From NCBI GenBank assembly GCA_964016885.1, contig OZ024741.1, positions 177,878,001-177,942,000 of the forward strand: a DNA stretch of 64,000 nt, read 5' to 3'. The notes below the pieces were generated by a model, which was not told where the DNA came from, made no database searches, and saw nothing but the letters and a program-made list of their open reading frames with translations. Both the position numbers and the translations under genes were made by a program. Below, in pieces: positions 53,521 to 64,000 of the stretch. This DNA is from Eledone cirrhosa (lineage: Eukaryota). Position 1 is the first letter of the stretch. Each line of letters starts with the position of its first letter.

Positions 53521-54775
53521 AGAAATTATTGATCTTTGTCCCTGATTCCATTTATACCATGTATATTTATGGATATAATATATGCTACATTTGAAAATAT
53601 GAGATATACTAAACAGCCCAGTTGAATAATTAATTGCGAAGAGTTCGGAGAAAATAACTGATATGTTGTTACTGAATTGGTAGAAACAAAGGAAAAACCG
53701 TTACGTTATTGATGTATTGTTTTATATAATTCCTAGCTCGAGTCAAATATCGCCGACCATATTTAAAGTGATATATCACCAGACAATGAACTTATGCATA
53801 TTTATGTTAACATTATACTAACTATGACATATTTTCCTACTAGAATATAAACAGCCATCAATCAACACATTGAACATGGAGCAATATGATATTTACAAAA
53901 TATAGTATTTGTTATTAACACTATGTCATACACTAGGACTATATTTGCCTTTGCTTTGGTTACTGATTGGCTTTGGATGTGGGAGAAGGAGCCATTGCAC
54001 TCATAGAGATGTAACTAAGACCTTCCATTTCTTTAATTTGAACGCGAATACTTCTAGACCAAAATCAAAGCCATCCACGAACTCGCGCAAATGTAAACTA
54101 CATATTGGGTATCAAGTATGCAATTTGTAGAAATTTGTTTTTTCTCTACAAATTTCATACTTAACGACCCAATACTTACGTCTCTACTCCCAGGGCATAT
54201 ACCACACAAAGAACAGTAAAAATCACTTGTAATTCAAAACCATAACCAATCCCCCAGGCAAGTAGCTATCAACATGTATCAATTACTGATACGGGGATGA
54301 CCGATTTTATCATATTCCGTTGATTCTATGTCAACGTATGTAAGGAGGATATGGTTATTAATTGACCTCGTGTAAAGGTATTGACACAGAGTTTTATTTT
54401 TTCAATGTTATCATCAGACAACTAGTTGTGGATTTTTTAAGGTCTATGCTGTACATTGATCAGAAGGTTCAGTACATTATAACATATATTAGTTTACAAA
54501 CAATTCCATTACACCTGGGAAATTATATGTAAATAATACGTATAACATATCCATTAACTGAAGAGACTGCTCCTGGTTACTTTGGTTAGAAAGCACTATT
54601 TTATGATGTGATATATTTACCTACTGATAGGAGATGAAAATAAATATTAATTCGTATATGGCAGGACGGCCATCACGACTATAGGGAGAGCGTCTTTGTG
54701 GATGTAATGTATTGAACAAACAAACAAACTGACGGCTTTTATTCCAATCTAAATCTATAAAGTACCAGAAACTTA

Positions 54776-55697
54776 TCTATATATATAAAACTGTGGTTGT
54801 CTGTCTGTCTATCGATTTTTGGCACACATCTCCTCTTAGAATCTCTCACGGAATTGCACCGAAATTGCTATACTTGTACATTGAGCCCTAGCGAAGACAT
54901 CGGAAAAAAGAAATTTCAAATTGACCCACCCTATGTGACGAAATCGAATATAATGTATCGATTTTTGAGCGTTATCAGTTATTTCCCTTTGTTCTGTTTA
55001 CATTGAGCGTCTTACGTAAAAAATTACGCTGGCTTTCTCAGCGTTTAAAATGACATTTGCAAAATTCATCAGTTCGAACACTAAGCTTCCGTTTTGCTTC
55101 ATTTCCATTTAAAAGCATTTTAAAACAATATTTTTACTTGAAAACAAGTCTATTTAAAGACTACGTAAAACAAGCAAATATTTCGTCGTTAGGCGTGCAG
55201 ACAGACAGTCGTGCAGAGAGGTGATATACGCGTGCAGACAGATAGTCGTGCAGAGAGGTGATATAGGCGTGCAGACAGACAGTCGTGCAGAGAGGTGATA
55301 TAGGCGTGCAGACAGACAGTCATGCAGAGAGGTGATATAGACGTGCAGACAGACAGTCGTGCAGAGAGGTGATATAGGCGTGCAGACAGACATAACTGAT
55401 AATTTGGTTACGCTAATGTTTTTCTCTGCGTTGCAGTGTTTACATTTTCGATCTTTGTTAATAAATAACCAGTGCAGTTTCTATCCCCAGCATCCTCTTT
55501 TGTTATAATATTCGGGTTATCGTTATGTTTTCTTAACTTCATAAGGCATATTGTTGGTTGAGGGAATATTAATCAAAAACACCACATGCAAGTCTGCACA
55601 GTAGACACTACAGTTTTTAAGCCAAGAAAGAAACTTAACATTGTAACTTTAACACAGCTACTGAGCGACCCCGAGCAACGCCGGGCTTTACTGCTAG
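54776..55697 (+). mobile_element. Complete non-autonomous Helitron with internal 37-bp minisatellite (55191-55392)
   Basis: A|TCTATATATATAAAA 5' end; 3' hairpin CCCGAGCAACGCCGGG then CTAG|T; no TSD. Confidence 0.88.
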
Positions 55698-56277
55698 TGA
55701 CCTATAAAATATGCCATCTATTTCTCCGGAAATCATTTCTAGTGAAGGAAGAACACACTATTGTTTGTAATATATGACTTAAGAATTTCTGAAAGAACGT
55801 ATAAACTGTTTAATATATATATACTTCGTGGTTAGCGCACTTCACTATCGTAATAGAAAGTGTAACTAAACAACGTAACGGGGAAGAAGAAACAATACAC
55901 TACCATTTTTCCTTTACAGTAATTGTATTAGAATATTCAAGAAAGGATATGACATCCTCAACCACAAGATATTATCACCAATAATGTTCAACACCATTAA
56001 TAGATCCATGTCCTGATTTTGATTTTATCTACATATGATTGCTGGTGGATTGTAAACGCGGAGAAACAACATGCCACATGTATCCATCACTAGATGTTTA
56101 TATTCTCCTATTGCTAGTGCTTGTAAGATAATAATCCATCATTTATGCTCAGCGTTTCAAACATATATCAGTTAGTAGATCACACCATTTAAATTATTTT
56201 AATAATGGCTACTACAAAGTCGGAACTATTTGTAAACATATCACAAGGCATCAACGTGTTTTTATGAGTTTAAATAT

Positions 56278-56546
56278 TTGTTTCTACTTTAGGCATTACT
56301 GGTACTTTATTTTATCGACCCCGTAAGGATGAAAGGCAAAGTCAACCTCGGTTTAAATATTGATTAGACATTATGAATTGCTATTCAAATATTAAACATT
56401 CAAAGGTGTGCTTAATATTTTTTCTGGCGTGTAAACGGAAAGACAAACCTGACCTCGGCAGAATTTAGAATCAGAAGGCAATGGGTCTCAATTAAATTGT
56501 AGAAGGCATTTTGTTCGGTGCTCTAACAATTTCACCAATCCACCAC
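56278..56546 (-). mobile_element. Two SINE fragments (56278-56352 young, 56433-56546 decayed)
   Basis: Family tail/body and a degenerate head. Confidence 0.7.
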
Positions 56547-58644
56547 TCTTATTTAACGGTACTACATTCACACACACGCGCGCGGGCACATTCAGTAGGT
56601 ATATTTCAATATGAAACATTTCTTGGTCGTTTTCATAGCAGCAGTTTCTATATTTGAATTTTACAGTTTAGCGTTACATAAAGAAAGGCCATATTAATTT
56701 GTTTTATCAAACCTAGATTAATTTCAGACTCTCATAATGACCACCTAGCTAGTGAGTGATTTATTTTTAATATTAGATCTAGGTTGTGCTCTGATAAAAA
56801 TCAACACATCTAATTACAACATGATTTAGTTCACCCAGATGCACATAGATACTTTGTTGTGAGGTGACAAATCACACTGATGTAAATAGCAGTAATATGT
56901 ATAAATAATGAGGGCATCATTAATATGCGGTATTAAGAGATAAAATACTCTAAGTATGTTTTACACAGAGATAGAGTCCACTACGGAAGCTTATCTTAAA
57001 TACGCTGCATTTAACGAAATCCTTAAAAGTATCTGACATATTGCAATAGAAAAATGTTACTATTATTTATTGTTTTATATTTCAAATGAAATGAATTATT
57101 CAAATTGTCCAATTACACAATTAGAATAAACAGAATTAATCGTGTTGTCTATCATATTTCCATGCGACAAACGTTATTTGAGATTAGATCGGTGTTCTAT
57201 TATGAAAAATACCAGCAATTAGAGATAATGACATTTTCAACGAGAAAATAGATATGGGGTCAGAATGATGTTAATAGATGACGTTAAAACTAATGGTGAG
57301 ATTGGCTTTGTTGCGAAGCCAGTGAAGATAGCAATATTGTATTCCACTACTAAATGTTGATTTAAAATCGGCTGGCCTTGAAGCACTTCCCAACGTAATG
57401 GACATTTTCTGATAGCAGATGAATGATCGAACGTCGTGGCTTGAGATGCATTAAAGAGGAAGGAACGTTAATTGAACTACTGGTAAAGAGAGAAATAACT
57501 TCCTATTAGATAAATAATCAAGCAAAGAAAATGAAGCAGAAATCAAATCAAAATAAGAAATAAAATATATCTTCGTACGGTGAGAGTTGATTATCAGTAT
57601 ATAAATAGAAAAAAAAACAGTTTTTTTTCTCCTTTTAGTGGGGTTTCAGTGCTGTTGTTAGAACAGAGTAAAGATGTTAGAGCTTATGTCATAGTTAAAT
57701 GCAAACTGTATAAAGCTCGCTAACAACACATGGCCTAAGTTTAAATACTGTAGAAGATGTTTAAAGGCTGGAATTCGCATGTCTAGGGGTGGTACATAAT
57801 ATAATTAAAATAATTAAAAAAACAACCAAGCATAGTTATTGCTGATGAAAAAAAAAAACAACGAAGAGGTTGTACATATCTGCTTGGCCCACTATTATTA
57901 GCCAAATATTTCTCTTACATTAAACAGCTTCTTAAACGAAAGTGATACATTACCTAATGTACTCAAATTAATATAATTTCATGTAAACGATGGTCTGCTT
58001 ATAGCCGGAACACCATTTATCATATATCTATTCGTATAGGTGTGATCTCAAATTAAACATCTCATAAACGGCTCGGTGAACTCCGAGACTATGAAGATTC
58101 ATTTTATTCGACCACAAGCCTATACAGATATAGTCAGGGATCAAGAATCGCATAAACATCTATGTGAGCATGCGCGTAACTTCTTTGCAAACGTATTTGT
58201 AAAATATCGGCCCCTCATACTTCAAACATATTTTAGCATATACACGAGTCTTTCTTTCAAAGAGATGAATGAATATATGCTACATAACTGAACCTCTCAA
58301 TTAAATTAATCAATCGTAACATTTAACTGCAAAAACACTCCTTCACAAGAGGGAACTATATATTTCTGCAAAAAATCGAGCATTGAATACATTCAAAGTG
58401 TTATTGTTAAATACAAACAATCTCAAAAACATCGTTTGGCGCCTATGATTAACCCAAACTGTATCACCAACAGGTGGAGCATTTTCAGATCCTCGAAATA
58501 TTCTTTACCGTTCACCCAACAAAGAATTTATCTCACCACCCCAGACGATACAAAACCCATTTCGTCCAGCTCTTACTAATCTTAACGGTGATCCTTTACA
58601 TTCTATCACTTCACACATTTTACAGTTTCGGATTCCAGTTCGGA

Positions 58645-59805
58645 TTGTTCGGGTCCGTTTTTTATGGGGGGGGGGGGGGGGGGGGGTCGTATTTTATTTG
58701 GAGGAGAACTTTTTATTGGAGTGGTCAGTTTTCTTTTTGTTTTGGGCGCGACGGGGCCGACCTTTTATTTTGGGCGCAATGGGAGTCCGTTTTTTTTTAT
58801 TTTGGGCCCGGCGGGAGTCCGTGTTGCATTTTGAGTTCGGCGGTTGGTCCATGTTTTATGTTGTGCGCGGTGGGAGGTCCGTTTTTCATTTTGGACGCGA
58901 TGGGTGGGTCGGTTTTCTATACTGGACGCGATGGTAGGGCCGATTTTATTTTGGGCGTGATGGAGGTCCGCTTTTTATTTTGGGCGTGCCGGGTTGTCCG
59001 TTATTTATTTTGGTCTCCATGGGCCCATTTTTTTTTATTTTTGTCCCAATGGGATGCCGTTTTTTTTATTTTGGGCTCAATAGGGTCCATTTTTTATTTT
59101 GGTCTCAATGGGGGTCCATTTTTTTTGGCGCAGTAGGGTGTCGGTTTTTTTATTTTGGGAGCGGTGGTGGTCCGATTTTTATTTTGTTAGCGGTGGGAGC
59201 ACACATTTTTTTGTCTCGGGCACGGCGAGGCATTCTTTTCTCTTTTTTTTTGGAGGGGGGAGTCCGTTTTTTAATTTTGGCGTGGTGGTTGTTGCGTTGT
59301 TGATTTCAGGTGCGGTGGTGTGTCCGATTTTTGTTTTGGGTGCATCGGGGGGTCCGTTTTTAAATTTTGGGCGCAGCGGATGTGTGCTTTTTTTATTTTG
59401 GGCCCGATGGGGGTCCCGTTTTTTTGTTTTGGGCGCTACAGGGGTTCCGTATCCTATTTTGGTCTGAAATGCAGCCCGTTTTTTTTATTTTGGGTACAGC
59501 GGGGTGTCGCTTTTTCTTGGGAGGGGGAATACGACCGATTTTCAATTTTGGGGCGGTGAATAGTCGGTTAATTCTATCGCTGTAGGGCTTCCGTTTTCAA
59601 TTTTGGGTGCAACCGGGGTCCCTATATTTATTTTGAGCGCGGTAGAAAGGTCAATTTTATGAGGTGAGTGGGGCTGTGGCAGTGGGTCTGATTTTGGGGG
59701 GGAGGGGATGCGGTTGGGGGCCATTTTTTTTATTTTGGTGTCCGTTTCTTTTGGGGGGGAGGCGTGTCAAGGTGTCTGTTTTTTTGGTGGGGTCCGTTTT
59801 TTTAT
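58645..59805. repeat. Diverged ~31-32-bp satellite, G/T-rich on + strand
   Basis: Recurring TTTTGGGCGCGGTGGGGGTCCGTTTTTTTTAT-like unit, roughly 35 copies. Confidence 0.85.
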
Positions 59806-60496
59806 AAAATGCACACTTTAATATGAATGAATTGTATCAACTACTTTCCAGGAATGTGTTTTAAACTAGAAACATAGTTTTGTAGTTGATTACGAATTAA
59901 GCAAAATGTCACATAAAAGCTGAAATGAGCTTAAATTCGCATGATGTTAAGGTATCTATGATGGAAACCTAAAATGAGATTAGGGAAATAAAATCGAAAC
60001 CAAATCCATTTAATCAAACACTTGAAATAATGCAAGAACGAAACAATTTGATTTTAGATCTATACGCACATTCTACGTAAGCAAACGTAGCAATAATATA
60101 ACTAGCACAACCATTATCATCATACAGTTTGTCTCCATTTCCGCCCTCAGCATCACCAACATAATTATTGTCGCAATCATTTTGTGTGATAACATTTGAA
60201 AAGAAGTAGGGTACGAGTATGTTAAATTTAACGTTAACATTCTGAGATATCAAAATCACATTTGCTTGCATCACAACAAAGTTAACAAGAGCTGCTATAA
60301 ATATTCTATTAACCATAAGAAGATAAAACAATCATAACTTCTATTGAAGTAACAGTAATAGATAATTTAAACATTAATGATAACATGTATAACAAACACT
60401 ACGTAATAACAAAAAAAAAAAAAAAAAAACTATTGTAGGGTGTTTGATATTTGTGGTAAGAAATATAACGAAACCAGTATTGAAGCAAAACTAATA

Positions 60497-60629
60497 ACTG
60501 TTTCTACTTTAGACACAAGGTCAGCAATTAGCCAGTACATTACTGGTACTTTATTTTATCGACCCCGTAAGGATGAAAGGCAAAGTTGACCTCGGCGGGA
60601 TTTGAACTCAGACTGTAAAGGGACGTAAC
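60497..60629 (-). mobile_element. SINE, 5'-truncated
   Basis: Family tail, body and B box. Confidence 0.82.
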
Positions 60630-61632
60630 ATTAGTATTTATAAGGAAGTACTTATTCTTATTCAGATACTCGATTAATGTAGATGCTTCAAATAATAATA
60701 GATTAACTTTCAGTATGTACATGTCTCAGGGTTTCTTAAAGGATGGGATAGGATGGATTTAATCGAACCTTCAAAGTACTGCAATGAATACGCAAATGAC
60801 AAAACAAACATCTAAGTAGTAACATTCAAAATATTGATATGCTGAAATAATATGGCTTTTTAATATCACTGTTATCACTTTTATTTATAATATAGTAAAT
60901 GTTTCAGGTAGTTTGAACCATCAGTACACCTAGGTGGTTAAGGTTATCCTGAGTTTATTTCTTAATAGCGATCAGTGATATTTAGAAAAACCAAATATGA
61001 CTGTACGCCATATCTTTTTAAAATGTGGACGATATCTATCCAAGTATCGCTTTTATTGTAGGACATTCTCTTTGGTCATATGTATAGAATTCTTTGAATT
61101 AATATGTTTATTTCTTTATTTTTGTCTCTGGTGAGGGCGCTAAATATAGTATTAGTTTTCACTGTACGTTTATCGATTTTCTGATCGGTAATCATTTACT
61201 ACATGTACAAATTAATCTTCGACTTCCGAAACAAATTGTCAGCCAGTAAATAAACACATTCAAAAATGTGTTGTTGTTTTCTCTGATATTTAATACATAC
61301 ATATATTATCGAACACACTATCGATAATAATAATTATCAAAAGTATAAACAATTGAAAATTTCCCTTAACGAAATCTTCCAGAGAGAAATTAATTCATGT
61401 ATAAAGTCTTGCTGAACGTAATAAAACAACGATACTAAATAAATTAAAACCAAATAATGAAATCTTACATGCTATTGACGAAATAGGGGATGAATATTTC
61501 GGCAAATCAACGACATAGCAACGACAGTGAAGCATTATCTTGGTAATAGCAGAGATATTAACAAGAACAAACAACACAAAAAATACCATCATATGTAACT
61601 AAAATCGAAAAAAGTTTGCTGACCTACGGATA

Positions 61633-62524
61633 CTAGCAGTAAAGCCCGGAGTTGCTCGGGGCTGCTCAGTAGCTGTGTTAAAGTTACAATGTTAAGTTCC
61701 TTCCTTGGCTTAAAAACTGTAGAGTCTACAGTGTAGACTTTCATGTGGTACTTTTGATTAATATTCCCTCAACCAACAGTATGCCTTATGAAGTTAAGAA
61801 AACATAACGATAACCCGAATGTTAAAACAAATGAGGATGCTGGGGATAAAAACTGCACTGGTAATCTATTAACAAAAATCGAAAATGTAAACACTACAAC
61901 ACTTGTCTCAGAGAAAAAATCAGCGTATCAGTTATTTTGAAACAAAGAAATTGGATGGACATGAAAAACAAAAACAAAAAGAAACGGTCTCTGTATGTCG
62001 TTTAAAATCATTGATTCTAAATGAAATTCTCATAAGGCTTAATTTGAGATCAATGCTTTTTTTACAAAATATTTGCTTGTTTTACGGTGTATTCAAATAG
62101 ATTTGTTTTCAAGTAAAAATATTATTTTACAAGACTTTTTATGGAAATGAAGCAAAATGGAAGCCTAATGTTGAAACTTCGAACTCATGAATTTTGCAGG
62201 TTAAAATGTTGCTGGTCCGAAAACTGTTCGCGTATTTTTGTACTTTTGCATGCGTCGTATATTCGTAACGTAAATAGATAGACAGAATGACCCCATAGAA
62301 GGGAAATAACTCGTCTCCCATCTCTATTTATACATTTGAACTGAAAAATCAATACATTACAAATTCGATTTTGGCACTTGGCGTGGGTTTATTTTTTAAC
62401 CGAAGTCTCCGCCGGACCTTCATCTATGAGTGTAGCAATTTCACCGGAGGAGATGTGTTCCGACCGTTTTAGTAGACAGACAGACAAACAGACAGACAGA
62501 CAACTTTAGTTTTATATATATATA
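61633..62524 (-). mobile_element. Non-autonomous Helitron
   Basis: CTAG and hairpin at 61633-61665; 61633-61900 matches the 3' part of the 54776 element, and 61990-62500 matches the 5' part (17625-18150) of the Rep/helicase Helitron. Confidence 0.87.
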
Positions 62525-62599
62525 TGTGACAATGCTCCTTACATGCAAACAAAAATAAATAAAAACTTCACTCTTCACCAAAATAAAATAGAAAAAGTG

Positions 62600-64000
62600 A
62601 AAAATAAAATAGAAACGATGTTTGGTAATAGTAGAACCAGAACTCTTCAGTATAAGCTGACTACTCTCAAACAAGAATTCAGAGCTGTCAGCGAGAAACG
62701 TCCATACCAGAAGTAGGTAGATGGAAAAAAAAGAACTTAATAAAAGATTCAGACGAAACCAAATATAGAGATATGAAGAGCAAAATAATAAGTGTCACTG
62801 AGACACTATCCCAGAGAGACATAGATTCCTTTTGGCGAAAAATATGGGGTGGAAACAAATTTCAAACAAGATGCAGTGTGGCAAAAAGAAATCCAAAATA
62901 ACTATTGCTCCTACACTACAACAAAAACATACAAGAATAAATGAGGATAGCCTTGAAACTGTGATAGGAAAACTCCAAGATAAGAAAACACCAGCAAGGG
63001 ACATGAATGTCGGCTACTGGTACAAAAAACTGATATTCTATCGGATGTATCTTATCGACCTCTACCAATAAGTTCTCAAGGGAAATACACTTATACCAAA
63101 ATGGTTGACAAGAGCACAAATAATACTGGTCCCGAAGAACAAAGATACCCACTTGGCAAAAACTATCGGCCCATTGCATGCCAGAACCTGATGTATAAGA
63201 TATATACAGCCTGCCTGAACCAATTTCTCCAAGATCACTGTGAAAATAATAACATCATCACAGATGAACAAGCAGCTGGAAAGACAGGTATTTGGTGTGG
63301 GTGCTGAACAACTCCTAATCAACAAAACTGTGATGTCGTAGGTGCGATAACTTAGGAGGAATATGGCTAAGTCTGGCTGGACTACAGGAAAGCTTTTGAT
63401 TCTGTTCCGTACTCTTAGATGATAGAGACCCTCCGACTTGCTGATGTCCCAGACATTATTATCAGAGCCATAGAGATCCTGTCTTCTTCTTGGGCTACTA
63501 TCCTAAATTTAAAAACAGAGAAGGAAGACTCTATTTTCACTGATAAAATAGAATATCACAAGGCTATATTTGAAGGAGACAATATCTCTGTGATACTATT
63601 TATCCTGTCATTAAACCCCTTGTCCTTTCTGCACAAGAAATGTGAAAGATGCATCATTGGCTCAAAGGAGGACAGAAATCTAACCCATAATTTCGTTGGG
63701 GATGATCTAAAACGCTATGCTAAGAACAGATGGGGTGAAGAAAATTCTTGACCTGGTTACAACATTCTCAAAGGATATAGGAATGGAGATTGGCCAAGAT
63801 AAATGTTTATATATGACTGTAAAGCGGGGAAAAACTATTACCCAATCTAGTAACGTTTTCATCAGTGGCTTAACTGTTTCACCAATAAATGATGAGGACT
63901 GCTATTGATACCTGGGGACAGATGAGAACATATCCTATAACGGTATTTGTATAAAGAACGCATAACCAGAGAATATTACACCCGATTAAGAAAAGTGTGG
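62600..64000 (+). mobile_element. R4/Dong-like non-LTR retrotransposon RT region, decayed, running off the right edge
   Basis: KNYRPIACQNLMYKIYT, EQAAGK, WLDYRKAFDSVP, IFEGDNISVILFILSLNPL, FVGDDLK, DIGMEIGQDKC; many stops and frameshifts. Confidence 0.8.

Noticed and set aside
58474-59724. Phe/Gly-rich overlapping ORFs
   Set aside because: Open in several frames because the satellite is A-poor; no protein signature.

Overview
AT-rich eukaryotic (animal) DNA made almost entirely of repeats; the dominant tRNA-headed SINE and the dense (TA)n/(TAA)n tracts suggest an octopod cephalopod (inference, not checked). No host protein-coding gene can be supported with confidence, and most ORF-track hits are microsatellite translations or antisense shadows. 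Contents: (i) three 5'-truncated R4/Dong-type non-LTR retrotransposons stacked head-to-tail in one (TAA)n tract (1-5016), plus a fourth decayed copy at the right end; (ii) several Penelope-like elements (PLEs), including a ~6 kb copy with 1.5 kb pseudo-LTRs (42324-48310), a probable Naiad-type copy (23743-25665) and fragments; (iii) Helitrons with PIF1/Rep remnants and non-autonomous derivatives; (iv) a maT/DD37D-like Tc1/mariner, CR1/RTE LINE relics, about 15 SINE copies and a G/T-skewed satellite. The most interesting layer is non-coding. There are at least six hammerhead-ribozyme-like motifs: two with a compensated U3-A8 core, several with a very long stem II, and one with a canonical core in a short (TA)n-flanked cassette. 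A ~260-bp tandem array carries a full tRNA-like cloverleaf plus Pol III terminator; it has an inverted terminal unit and adjoins a hammerhead-bearing end (candidate PLE-mobilised tRNA-array element). Several long, near-perfect fold-back palindromes sit next to (TA)n tracts. All folds and alignments were done by eye, and coordinates of decayed elements are approximate.
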